Source: a virus. Taken from it: a stretch of 50,014 bases of DNA. Where the stretch lies: positions 1 to 50,014 of IMG/VR virus record IMGVR_UViG_3300031673_000079; one strand, given 5' to 3'. Made by a program: the position numbers and the translations under genes. Within the stretch, counting starts at the first letter, position 1; each line of letters begins with the position of its first letter. Shown piece by piece: positions 1 through 9,184 of the stretch. The notes under the pieces were generated by a model, which was given only the letters and a program-made list of their open reading frames with translations, did no database searches and was not told where the DNA came from.

Positions 1-225
1 TCCTTAGCCTTATCCTTAGCCTTATCCTTAGAATCCTTCTCATCGTCTTTGGATTCTTCTTCCTTTTTCTTCTCGCCCTCTTTCTCTTCAGCCTTCTTCA
101 CGCCTTCTTTTTCTTCTTCCTTCTTCTCTTTCTTAGGCTCTTTCTCTTTAACTTCTTCTTCGGATTCAGCATCAAGAGTGGCGTAAAGTTTATTGATAAT
201 ACCTCCAATAGCCTTAGCAGATTCG
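1..225. repeat. Terminal direct repeat / circular assembly overlap (copy 1)
   Basis: 1-225 is identical to 49790-50014 except T98 vs C49887, and a single ORF reads through the junction. Confidence 0.95.
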
Positions 226-1004
226 TCGGACTCCTCACGAATCATAGCCATGTCAGAAATAAAACGATCAAGCTTCTCTTTATTTTCTGACTCAGGAAGA
301 TCGGAAACGTACTCTCTTAATTTACTGATACGATCCGTAACATCCTCATCTTTAAGATTTACCCGATCCTTAATGAAAGACTCTACATGCTTACTAAACT
401 GCACCGTATCTCGAACTCCGAGCATCTTATGCACAAAATGAAGAAGGTAACTTTTAGCCATAATCTTATCTCCTATAGAATCGAGAATCGCCGCGGCAGA
501 ACCACCGCGTCCATATTTTGTAAGAGCCAAATGGTTTACGTCCTTAATATCGCTCATAATAATCTGATATTCATCCCCATTAGGCGCTTTTCCTTCCTGC
601 CAGTCAAATATTGCACTATAACCGGGGGAAACTTCGACCGTTCCTGTATAGTATGCTCTAACCGCACTATTATCAATCAAAGTCAATGTCGATTGAATGG
701 CTAACTCATCATCCTTACCTTTTATGATTTTAGTAAAAGATGAATCTCCCGTAAATCCAACGGCGTATTTCTTAAAATTAGTACCGTCCACCATATCTCT
801 AGGATGCTCTAAAGTAAGAGGCAAACGAACGAATTTATCCGCGGCCTTCTCTAAAACAATAGCCGGACGATAAACATTAAACACATGCTTATTCTTATAC
901 TTTTCAGGAACACTATCCAAACCCATCCCCTTGAGTTCATTATCCCCATACTTATATATTCCAGAACGTGCAATAACAACGTCTTTTACAAGTTTATCAG
1001 GCAT
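1..1004 (-). CDS. DUF2213-like prohead protease/scaffold, 5' part (continues across the junction to 49363; about 476 aa in total)
   Basis: Absent from the ORF track. ATG at 1004 overlaps the portal stop (TAATG). Translates MPDKLVKDVVIARSGIYKY...YRP...LPLTLEHP...EVSPGY...VNHLALTKYGRGG, matching DUF2213 motifs. Lies between portal and capsid genes. Confidence 0.85.
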   Translation of the reverse strand, partial: MPDKLVKDVVIARSGIYKYGDNELKGMGLDSVPEKYKNKHVFNVYRPAIVLEKAADKFVRLPLTLEHPRDMVDGTNFKKYAVGFTGDSSFTKIIKGKDDELAIQSTLTLIDNSAVRAYYTGTVEVSPGYSAIFDWQEGKAPNGDEYQIIMSDIKDVNHLALTKYGRGGSAAAILDSIGDKIMAKSYLLHFVHKMLGVRDTVQFSKHVESFIKDRVNLKDEDVTDRISKLREYVSDLPESENKEKLDRFISDMAMIREESDESAKAIGGIINKLYATLDAESEEEVKEKEPKKEKKEEEKEGVKKAEEKEGEKKKEEESKDDEKDSKDKAKDKAK

Positions 1005-2728
1005 TATTTCTTACCTTCTTTAGTTATAGAAGTCTTAGCGTCAGGATCGGGCTTATAGCCTGGTTTAGGAGGGTTAGGCTTAGGCTGATCTGTACTAGGA
1101 TTCTCCTTATTTAGTTTGCTCATTACCTCATCAGGAATCTCTATTTCGGGCATGAACAAATGACCCATAATTACTGCGTCATGAACATTAATACCAGCAG
1201 AATTTAACATGTTGACACCATTAGTAAACTTCTCAAACATAGCGCCACGAGTATCGTTCGTTATAATCTCAGGGGAATCGAATGATATATGTACGCTATC
1301 CGCTATTCTTGCTTGCTCCGAGTCAGGACCAAAGCAAGAATAGATAAGAAGTCTAACTATAGGTTGAACACTAGGAATGACTGCATTATTAATATTCTGT
1401 ATCGTTTCTGACTGCTTATATGAAATTTCATCAGAGTTATTACTAAACCCCGTCGCTTGCGTATGAAATAAGACACTTTCAGGTATACCACAGTTAGCAG
1501 ATACATCTTGCCGTAAAGCCATATTTAAACTATCAAAGTCAGTAAAAGAACGATTTATAGGTACTATCTCACCATAACTATTTATCGTCGTAGGATTAAG
1601 CATCGACCAAGAGCGTAGTCTCTGGTTATTTTTCTGCACAAACTCTTCCACTGCCGCAGGTCCATTCTGCGCCATCATACCATCCAAAGGTAGAACATTA
1701 ACGAGTAGGCTCATTTGTTGCGCCATTATCGGTATAGCTGTAACAAGAATCTTATAAGCTAATAGTGACCTAATATATCCTTCAAAGTCAGTTCTACCCC
1801 AACCAATCTGACGCAGCATTCCCCAATAAGGAAGCATCAAAGGACGTATAATAGCCATCCTCTGTGAATTTACCTTTACCCCACCAATAGGAATAAAATA
1901 CGTTTCAGGAGAAAGATAGTCTTTAGCCGTAATATCGTAATTAGGTATCATTACGGTATTCCATCTATCACCAGTAACAAAATAGTCTATACAATCTTTA
2001 CCTATAATACCTTCCGCTATTAGTTGCTTTATAGGCATATCAAAGGAGAAGGGGGAATCGTTCTTAAAGGTAGGATATATAAATCCGCCTCCATAGATCA
2101 TCCCGTCACGATCGCCGCGTTCCAAAGCAGTAGCAAAGTTAACAGAATCCGCATAGTCCTTTAGTTTACTTCTATCATCGGTATTCATCTTATTGCTTAT
2201 GAAACTATATCCATTAAGCAATGCGCCTTTCACTTTCTTATCAATAATAATAGAAGGAAGACCCCCACTACAATAATAGGATGTAGCCTCATTAGGGGAC
2301 ATAGAAATTGGTGTATATGCCATGTCAAACGTTCCGGGGTCAAAACCCGTAACTCCAGTTCCCGTCAATGCGTTAAAATATCCATCCTTAGCCATTAACT
2401 CGCGACCGTGTTTAATAGCATCAATAGCATGGGCAATATCAGAAGTTTTAGTCTTCATAGAGTCTATAATAGTGGGAAGTACAGAAGTCATCTTTCGAGC
2501 CGCATCCCCTACGGACTCCACATGTATACCATCATTAGCGTAATTATCAAGAACCTTGCTATATTGAATATCCTTAATATCGTTAATATTTTTACTAGAC
2601 AGTACAATAGGTTCTATTTTTGTACTGCCTTCTATATTCTTATCTTGTTCGTGAATTATCTCATAAATATGCTTAAAGCTAGAGTCAGTTACTTGAGAGG
2701 CTATTTTCTTAAAACTCTTGTATGCCAT
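1004..2728 (-). CDS. Portal protein (DUF1073-like), about 574 aa
   Basis: Directly after TerL with TAATG coupling at 2728. Motifs YGGGFI, GWGRTD and CGIPESVLF..ATGF resemble DUF1073 portals. Confidence 0.8.
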   Translation of the reverse strand: MAYKSFKKIASQVTDSSFKHIYEIIHEQDKNIEGSTKIEPIVLSSKNINDIKDIQYSKVLDNYANDGIHVESVGDAARKMTSVLPTIIDSMKTKTSDIAHAIDAIKHGRELMAKDGYFNALTGTGVTGFDPGTFDMAYTPISMSPNEATSYYCSGGLPSIIIDKKVKGALLNGYSFISNKMNTDDRSKLKDYADSVNFATALERGDRDGMIYGGGFIYPTFKNDSPFSFDMPIKQLIAEGIIGKDCIDYFVTGDRWNTVMIPNYDITAKDYLSPETYFIPIGGVKVNSQRMAIIRPLMLPYWGMLRQIGWGRTDFEGYIRSLLAYKILVTAIPIMAQQMSLLVNVLPLDGMMAQNGPAAVEEFVQKNNQRLRSWSMLNPTTINSYGEIVPINRSFTDFDSLNMALRQDVSANCGIPESVLFHTQATGFSNNSDEISYKQSETIQNINNAVIPSVQPIVRLLIYSCFGPDSEQARIADSVHISFDSPEIITNDTRGAMFEKFTNGVNMLNSAGINVHDAVIMGHLFMPEIEIPDEVMSKLNKENPSTDQPKPNPPKPGYKPDPDAKTSITKEGKK

Positions 2729-4026
2729 TAAATTATAGCCCTCATAGGAGTAATATTGGTATTCTTCCATGCAGTTCTTGATAATTGCCATAAAGGTAAG
2801 AAGTCAATGTCGCTACTAACTACCCTATAACTGCAATATTCAATTCCATCTGCTATATGATCAGGAGATAAAGGCCCTTGTCCTTTCTCCGGTTTTCCTG
2901 CATCATCAAACTGTCTTACTCTCATCGCAGTATCAGCTTCTTTTGCAGATCGGCAAATTTTCATGTTTCCCATCTTGAATAGCTTATTAACAAAGAATAT
3001 TCTCTCTACAATAGAGGGATTAACAGAACCTATTCTTAATTGAATACCAGCATTACGTATTTCTGCACTGTATCCAGCCATAATATCCTTCATACTAGCA
3101 TCGGGATACCATGTTATAGGATTAAGAGGAAACGCATTTCTTATGATAGTAGGAGCGTTTCCAATCTGCTCGAAACTAAAATTCTTAACCAAATACAGTA
3201 TCTTATCTCGCTTGACGAATGCCGCTCCCTTGCTGTAACCACTATTAAAATCCTGTCCAACCATTACTTCTTCGGTATCTCCTACCTTGATATCATCCAC
3301 AAGACAAGTAGCAGGATCGTAGTCACTATAAACTCTACCACTACGAAGATTGATGAAATACCCTTCCAAGTATGCAAGACGCTCATTATCATCATATATC
3401 GCATAGAGCCTCTTTACGTAAGATTCAGATAAACTTGTATTATCCTTAGTCTCACCACGTATTTTTATATACGGTTGTTTAGCCACTTTCAGATCTTCTA
3501 GTATCTTATACGTTCCAGCAAAACCTTGAGCCGTCGTAGTGAACACACTAAAAGGAATTCTGCCATCAGGAAGTTGTACTCTAGTTCTTTCTTGTACAGC
3601 CTTAAAAGCTCCTAAAGCTCTATCTAAACTTAACTCATCCAACTCATCAACAACGCTAATATTAAAGTTATAAGCATAGACATCATCATAATGTTCCATC
3701 GCTACAAGAATTATGTCAACCGCGCCTACTCGTATAACATTTTCTTGCTTATCGAAACTATACGAAATACGATTCGTTATAAATAAACGTATAAGAGCAC
3801 TTATTAGGGTCTTTTTTAGAAGCGTTATAGTTACACCTAAAACGCCTATTGTTATAGGTGTAGTAAAATATCGCTCTATTAAAGACATCAATAGGTAAAC
3901 ATCCCCCGATGTTTTACCACTCCCGTAACCTGCTATATCAAAGAAATATTCAATATTCGGTTTTATATACGGTAACTGGATGAGTTGCTGTTGGTGTCTA
4001 AATAGTTTTATCCTCGTTTGTTCCAT
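2728..4026 (-). CDS. terL: Terminase large subunit
   Basis: Walker A-like AGYGSGKT, Walker B VVDELDE, motif III TTTAQG, nuclease GQDFN and DHIADGIEY. Confidence 0.92.
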   Translation of the reverse strand: MEQTRIKLFRHQQQLIQLPYIKPNIEYFFDIAGYGSGKTSGDVYLLMSLIERYFTTPITIGVLGVTITLLKKTLISALIRLFITNRISYSFDKQENVIRVGAVDIILVAMEHYDDVYAYNFNISVVDELDELSLDRALGAFKAVQERTRVQLPDGRIPFSVFTTTAQGFAGTYKILEDLKVAKQPYIKIRGETKDNTSLSESYVKRLYAIYDDNERLAYLEGYFINLRSGRVYSDYDPATCLVDDIKVGDTEEVMVGQDFNSGYSKGAAFVKRDKILYLVKNFSFEQIGNAPTIIRNAFPLNPITWYPDASMKDIMAGYSAEIRNAGIQLRIGSVNPSIVERIFFVNKLFKMGNMKICRSAKEADTAMRVRQFDDAGKPEKGQGPLSPDHIADGIEYCSYRVVSSDIDFLPLWQLSRTAWKNTNITPMRAII

Positions 4027-4408
4027 CGGGGACAAACTCCTCTATATTATCATTATTTATATCAGAACTCATCTCAAATACCACATTAAACTTCTTTTTA
4101 CCATCTGTAACATTAGCATTAAATTTAGCCGCTTCGCCGAATGCCGCGCTATCCAATTTGCCTAACTTCCAACGAATTTCAGTAGATACACCTTTTTGCG
4201 TATTCATATCAATAATGCTATCTATACGCTCAAGTAATCTACTTATTTCTTTCTGCTTGACGAACGACACTTGTCGCTGGAAGCTCTTATCTTCTTCCAG
4301 ATCGTCCATTTCTTCTTGAGTGAACTCTGCAAGAATTTGGGCACTATAAAGAGGCATACCTAATTTGAGAAATCTGTATGCCATTTCTTTTTTCTGCTCA
4401 AGTTCCAT
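3998..4408 (-). CDS. Probable terminase small subunit
   Basis: 136 aa, helical, overlaps the TerL start; IRWKLGKLD...FG motif and typical position. Confidence 0.6.
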   Translation of the reverse strand: MELEQKKEMAYRFLKLGMPLYSAQILAEFTQEEMDDLEEDKSFQRQVSFVKQKEISRLLERIDSIIDMNTQKGVSTEIRWKLGKLDSAAFGEAAKFNANVTDGKKKFNVVFEMSSDINNDNIEEFVPDGTNEDKTI

Positions 4409-4419
4409 ACTATCCTACC

Positions 4420-4611
4420 TTAATACTTCTTGCCCTTCAGTTTACATTTTACACAATCATCTTTGTCGCCAATAAGTCCAACAAAGTTCATGCCCATAGC
4501 AACGTTCACCGTGTAGTACATACATATATCGCATATATGTACTTTCTTGTCCCACAACAATAAACTTGGGTAGGGGGCGATGTTACTTTTATGCTCTCTA
4601 ACGTCGTTCAT
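4420..4611 (-). CDS. Small Cys-containing hypothetical protein
   Basis: 63 aa with CxxC...CxxC, packed in the minus-strand operon. Confidence 0.5.
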   Translation of the reverse strand: MNDVREHKSNIAPYPSLLLWDKKVHICDICMYYTVNVAMGMNFVGLIGDKDDCVKCKLKGKKY

Positions 4612-4623
4612 TATATACCCATA

Positions 4624-4821
4624 TCATAGTAGATTCTTTGTATTGGCGTATGTCGTATGTCGTATGCCTTTTGTCAGCTCGTCGCCTGTGTACTCTGCTA
4701 GTCTGTTTGTCAGCTCGTCGCCTGTGTACTCTTTTAGTCTGTTTGTCAGCTCGTCGCCTGTGTACTCTGTTAGTCTGTTTGTCAGCTCGTCGCCTGTGTA
4801 CTCTGCTACTCTGTCTCGCAT
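4624..4821 (-). CDS. Hypothetical protein of 12-aa repeats (EYTGDELTNRLx)
   Basis: Collinear with neighbours; the 36-bp repeat unit keeps the frame. Confidence 0.4.
   Translation of the reverse strand: MRDRVAEYTGDELTNRLTEYTGDELTNRLKEYTGDELTNRLAEYTGDELTKGIRHTTYANTKNLL
4671..4808. repeat. 36-bp tandem repeat, about 4 copies
   Basis: ttgtcagctcgtcgcctgtgtactct... starts at 4671, 4707, 4743 and 4779. Confidence 0.95.
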
Positions 4822-4827
4822 ATCTGA

Positions 4828-5094
4828 TTATACCGGAAGGGTAAGATTCTGAGTATTAGGAGCGCTAAGATCGTTAGAAACACTAGGAGGAGTCAATTCG
4901 GCTTGCGTAGCAGCCTTAGCGGCTTCAATCTTCGCATTAAGCGCTTCAAACTTCTTAGCGATATCCTCCGTAATAGTACCACCAGCACCTTCTAGAGCAA
5001 CACAAATATCGAGCCAATCTTTATGTATATCCTTGGCAAACTTTTGAACTTCACTTTCCACAGTCTTTTCAACGGGCTTTAAGAATGAAAACAT
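4828..5094 (-). CDS. Hypothetical protein (88 aa, MFSFLKPVEK...)
   Basis: Strong RBS AGAGGAG upstream of the ATG at 5094; first gene after the minus-strand promoter. Confidence 0.7.
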   Translation of the reverse strand: MFSFLKPVEKTVESEVQKFAKDIHKDWLDICVALEGAGGTITEDIAKKFEALNAKIEAAKAATQAELTPPSVSNDLSAPNTQNLTLPV

Positions 5095-5175
5095 GTGCTT
5101 TATCTCCTCTTGCGCGGTTTCCCGCAGAACTATAGGCGACACTCGCCGCTTGAAAATCTTCCACCACATATCTAT

Positions 5176-5204
5176 ATTATAACATACTATTTGGTATTTC
5201 ACAA
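5176..5204 (-). promoter_or_regulatory. Sigma70-type promoter for the packaging/structural arm
   Basis: TTGTGA-N17-TATAAT with extended TGn on the minus strand. Confidence 0.6.
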
Positions 5205-5604
5205 TCTATATGTGATACATGTCAAGGGGTAAAGTTAGTTCATGTTATCAGTATAAGAAATAAAAGTGCCCTAAACGGTATTTTTTGCTGCGCGTAGTAC
5301 CTTTTTGAACGAACTTACCACGATGCGTGATGTTTATGCCATATTTATTATTATTTGGTGCTTGTATTATATCTATTATCACTTGATGCTTGTTACTTGA
5401 TGCTTGATGCTTGATGCTTGTTACTTGTCGATCGTCGTGCTTATCGTATTACTGTATAAGGAATACATATCTTTCCTACTATCAGAGAATTAGGGCGCGC
5501 GTGGCACACGTCCCTAGACTGTCCAAGGGCCATACTATATCCAATATCTCTATATCATTCATAATACGTCAATGTCTCTAATATCTGCACTATATCAATC
5601 GTCG

Positions 5605-5828
5605 TATGTTATATGTTATATGTTATATGTTATATGTTATATGTTATATGTTATATGTTATATGTTATATGTTATATGTTATATGTTATATGTTATATGC
5701 TATATGTTATATGTTATATGTATGTATGATGTATGTATGATGTATGTATGATGTATGTATGATGTATGTATGATGTATGTATGATGTATGTATGATGTAT
5801 GATGTATGATGTATGATGTATGATGTAT
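5605..5828. repeat. Compound microsatellite (TATGTTA)n-(TGTATGTATGA)n-(TGTATGA)n
   Basis: Visible 7-, 11- and 7-bp periodicities in the intergenic region. Confidence 0.95.
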
Positions 5829-6084
5829 ATCAATAATATCTCCATAAACGTCAAACAATCTAATAGGTCGAGAGTACGACGCGCGGTGTACAACAGAACA
5901 ACCGCAGGTACGAGGTACGATGCGCGCCATGGGAGAAACAACTAAACCCTTAGAGTAGCTTGTAGGGTAGTGCTATCTATTTATTTTCTTTTTCTTTCTT
6001 AGACTCCAACCTATGAGCGACGCTCGACGCTCGACAAATGGTACTCGGCGCAGTTTTGTGAAGTGCGCTAAGCGCCGCTTGTAG

Positions 6085-6365
6085 AAATATGCTCGATAAA
6101 TCCTTATCATACAGTGATTTACGAAGAGGACTTTAGATTTTCCCCCAATCGACGCGCGACGTAAAAAGCCCTTTTTTAACTTGTATACAATTCAGTATAC
6201 TGTTACAAGTTACGAATAAAACGTCTCCTGTCGATTGGGGGAAAATTTGAAGTCTCTTCGTAACTACTTACTACACAACACCAGAACTCACCAAATTCTC
6301 CTAGCGCGGTGTCATCACCGCCCCTCTATAGGCCGCTAATTTTTGTAAAGTATCGAGCATTATTT
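6085..6365. repeat. Large nested imperfect inverted repeat
   Basis: 6119-6153 pairs with 6230-6263; 6177-6185 with 6204-6212; 6085-6098 with 6351-6365. Confidence 0.85.
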
Positions 6366-6458
6366 ATCCATTGTAACACGTCCCACGGCGCGTGATTCTT
6401 TGCGGTTACAGAGCTCTTGGCACTTTACATTTTGCACGGCGCGTGATACACTACTGGG

Positions 6459-7013
6459 ATGGAGGATACTATGATGGACGACGCTACAGTGAAGGAGGAT
6501 ACTATGATGGACGACGCTACAGTGAAGGAGGATACTATGATGGAGGATACTACGACGCTCGACGAAACGACGCTCGACGAAACGACGCTCGACGGGCTAT
6601 CGCAAATAGGCGCTCGCAGTTCGTTTTTAATGTACCTCCGCTATGTGCGTAAGCGTCATGTTGAGGAAGGGAAAAAGCTAGATGAAATTATTATGAGGCT
6701 ATTAAAAAGAGAAAAATCGGCGCCAATTCCCCAAAGAAGAGAGGTACATATAGGAAGTTCAGCGTTATCTACCGAGGAGTTAAAGGCAGGAATCAGGGCA
6801 ATTTTAATGGAATTGGAACGGGAGCACGACATTAGCGACTATTCCTCAGTGTATATCTATTACCTAATATCATCTAAAATGTATATAGGAAGATCGGAGA
6901 TTATTCGCTTATTACAGAGCCTGGGCTATACGAGAAAACAGATATACAATGCAAGAGAGAAAAAAACGCACCGAGGTTTTTATAAATTAGAGGATCATCA
7001 CAATGGCGCATAA
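6459..7013 (+). CDS. Hypothetical protein with repeat-encoded acidic N-terminus (start uncertain)
   Basis: ORF overlapping the next gene; its N-terminus is built from 33-bp and 15-bp repeats. Confidence 0.5.
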   Translation: MEDTMMDDATVKEDTMMDDATVKEDTMMEDTTTLDETTLDETTLDGLSQIGARSSFLMYLRYVRKRHVEEGKKLDEIIMRLLKREKSAPIPQRREVHIGSSALSTEELKAGIRAILMELEREHDISDYSSVYIYYLISSKMYIGRSEIIRLLQSLGYTRKQIYNAREKKTHRGFYKLEDHHNGA

Positions 7014-7419
7014 CGAGCATAAATTGATACTCTACTTTATTTGCCATTATTGTAGACCCTTAGAGGGCGGCACATTGTACTATGTCAGTCAACGCGCAAC
7101 GAACGAATATCGGCAGGAGCACTATATAAGAGACTTTGTATTTAAATTAAAAACCATGTATCACATGACTTTCGGCATGATACCTAGCCCGGACTGGAGG
7201 CCATATACGGAGGCTGAAAAGAGACACCTATATAATAGAGCGATAGCGCGGTATAAACGGTTAGACGATAAACAAAAATCAACGCTCGACCATGACGCGA
7301 CGAAGGGCGCAAGGCAACGAGTCTATCGGCACAATAGGCGGGCCTTTGTCAAAGGCTACAAGATTGCCCGGGGATGGTACGATCACTACCAGGAAGAGTA
7401 CGCAAGTGGCGATATATAA
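7003..7419 (+). CDS. Hypothetical basic protein
   Basis: RBS AGAGGA, 138 aa. Confidence 0.65.
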   Translation: MAHNEHKLILYFICHYCRPLEGGTLYYVSQRATNEYRQEHYIRDFVFKLKTMYHMTFGMIPSPDWRPYTEAEKRHLYNRAIARYKRLDDKQKSTLDHDATKGARQRVYRHNRRAFVKGYKIARGWYDHYQEEYASGDI

Positions 7420-7567
7420 AGAGGCTACTATGATATGGGTATATGATGAGCGGTCTTAAGCGATAGACATTTTGGATTTATTAGAAATGCAGATTGTTGT
7501 CGTTTTTCTATTGCATTATGACGATACTATAGTAAGCTATAGTTAGATCAGATACGGGAGGTACGAG

Positions 7568-7765
7568 ATGAAAATGGACACGGGTAGATACACCACGATG
7601 TACGGCTACGTCGAGTGTTACAGCGTTTACGATTCGGCCGCGCAGCGCTACGATTACATCGTGGAGAGCGGCGAGTACGCTACGGCGCTCCGTGCGAAGC
7701 AAGCAGAGATTTTCGCGGTTTTTGGCGATCGGTCGCATGCCCTTGCGTTTTTGGCCAGTCTATAA
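7568..7765 (+). CDS. Hypothetical early protein
   Basis: RBS GGGAGGT, 65 aa. Confidence 0.7.
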   Translation: MKMDTGRYTTMYGYVECYSVYDSAAQRYDYIVESGEYATALRAKQAEIFAVFGDRSHALAFLASL

Positions 7766-7777
7766 GGAAGGCGCGAG

Positions 7778-7924
7778 ATGAATACGTATAAGATCATTTA
7801 TCGCAACAATGACGGCGCGTTGAAAGAAACCATGATTGTCGCCCTACGTGCGACGTACGCTAGGCGGATTTTTGTACGCGACTATCGTGAGTGTAAAATT
7901 GAGCGCATCGCGAGAGTGGACTAG
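7778..7924 (+). CDS. Small hypothetical protein (48 aa, MNTYKIIYRN...)
   Basis: RBS AAGGAAGG; below the ORF-track size cut-off. Confidence 0.6.
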   Translation: MNTYKIIYRNNDGALKETMIVALRATYARRIFVRDYRECKIERIARVD

Positions 7925-7942
7925 GCGGTTACTAGGATGATA

Positions 7943-7987
7943 GCGCTAGGCGGTCCTCGCGGCCGGTTCGACTCCGGCCTAGCGTCA
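7943..7987 (+). ncRNA. tRNA-like minihelix (acceptor stem plus T-arm)
   Basis: GCGCTAG/CTAGCGT 7-bp stem stacked on GCCGG-TTCGACT-CCGGC; 12-nt linker replaces the D and anticodon arms. Confidence 0.6.
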
Positions 7988-8057
7988 ATCGGCCAAGATC
8001 GGCATATAGGTACGTCGTGCCCGCCCGATCGGCCGTATGGTAAAGGAGAGTGGCAAC

Positions 8058-8402
8058 ATGAATGATTTAAACTCCGTTCTGCTCGAAGGTGTTCTGGTCG
8101 AGAACCCTAAAGCGTCAACATCGCCGGACGGCCAGGCGCGTTGCAATTTCATCGTCACCACGGTATGGGAGGATATGCGGCACGAGGGGAGAAAAAAGGA
8201 GCCTTTCCACTTCGGCGTAGTAGCATACGGCCAGCTCGGGCAAAAGTGCTTATATGATCTCAAAGCCGGGCGGGGCGTGCGGGTTGTCGGAAGGCTCAAG
8301 CGAGAGAGCTCGACCGATCCCGAGGGCGAGTATCACCCCGAGATTAAGATAGTCGCCGAACACGTGGAGTTTAGGCCATCGAAAAGCGAAAGAGGAGAAT
8401 AA
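8058..8402 (+). CDS. ssb: Single-stranded DNA-binding protein, spirochaete-like short form
   Basis: MNDLNSVLLEG.LV..P...GRGVRVVGRLK...IVAEHVEFRP; RBS AAGGAGAG. Confidence 0.9.
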   Translation: MNDLNSVLLEGVLVENPKASTSPDGQARCNFIVTTVWEDMRHEGRKKEPFHFGVVAYGQLGQKCLYDLKAGRGVRVVGRLKRESSTDPEGEYHPEIKIVAEHVEFRPSKSERGE

Positions 8403-8561
8403 TATGACGAGGAAGGAACTTTCCGTTTATCGCGCCGCGCTCGCTAATCATGGTAGGACAGTGTTACTTCCGACACTCCATCCGTAACATAGGCTAACAA
8501 TTATTAGACTAGTTTGTTGTGTAGCTTAGGACTATACTATCACTATTCATGGAGGGCCGAA

Positions 8562-8819
8562 ATGAAAACGTGCGAGGTTTACAATGGATGGAAAAATAAA
8601 GAGACATGGAACATCGCATTATGGTTGGAGAATGATGAAAATATGTATTATCGCATGGTCGCCTATGCGCGACGACATGCTCATCCTACGTATCGCGGGT
8701 TTATCGTACATACGGAATTGTACGGTCAACATACCCCTGACGGATATAGGTATGACTCAGCGCGGCTCGATTATAAGGCGCTAACCGAGTTGGTACGTGA
8801 ATCGAAACAGAACGGGTAG
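8562..8819 (+). CDS. Conserved phage protein with YNGWxNxETWxxxLW motif (DUF7249-like)
   Basis: Motif YNGWKNKETWNIALWLEND; RBS GGAGG. Confidence 0.7.
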   Translation: MKTCEVYNGWKNKETWNIALWLENDENMYYRMVAYARRHAHPTYRGFIVHTELYGQHTPDGYRYDSARLDYKALTELVRESKQNG

Positions 8820-8878
8820 GAAAAGACAAAGCAGAATAAAAATAGGTGCTCGATATCTTTTTATAAAGGAAGGCCGAT

Positions 8879-9184
8879 ATGAGAGACATTATTAATGTTC
8901 AAAAGGACGAGTATGGATATTCCGTATACTGGGGTGAGTATATTCGCCTTGAAGTAGGGAATGGACAGCGCGAGTATGCATATCATAGAGCGATCGAATT
9001 GAGAGCACTTTCAAAAGCGCTAACTACTCTTGCCGAACAGGGAATCGAATTAGATAACCGGTCAAAAGAGTATCTCCGACTCGAATCTAGCATTAAAACA
9101 TTAGGATACTATTATGGGGGGGAAAGAAAGAACGAGCAACTAATCGCCGATCGAGCGATTGAACTGTGGAAAACAGGACTTTGA
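8879..9184 (+). CDS. Hypothetical early protein
   Basis: RBS AAGGAAGG, 101 aa. Confidence 0.7.
   Translation: MRDIINVQKDEYGYSVYWGEYIRLEVGNGQREYAYHRAIELRALSKALTTLAEQGIELDNRSKEYLRLESSIKTLGYYYGGERKNEQLIADRAIELWKTGL

Noticed and set aside
1..225. Biological terminal repeat of the virion DNA
   Set aside because: It falls mid-gene in a low-complexity region; an assembly overlap of a circular or permuted genome is more likely
4671..4808. CRISPR array from 36-bp periodicity
   Set aside because: Head-to-tail tandem repeats with no unique spacers
5491..5517. Degenerate fourth CRISPR repeat (gggcgcgcgtgg)
   Set aside because: Only a short partial match, lacking the GTCGC start and the ATTGAAAC end
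5700..5941. His/Tyr/Ile-rich ORFs on the minus strand
   Set aside because: They are translations of the microsatellite with no convincing RBS
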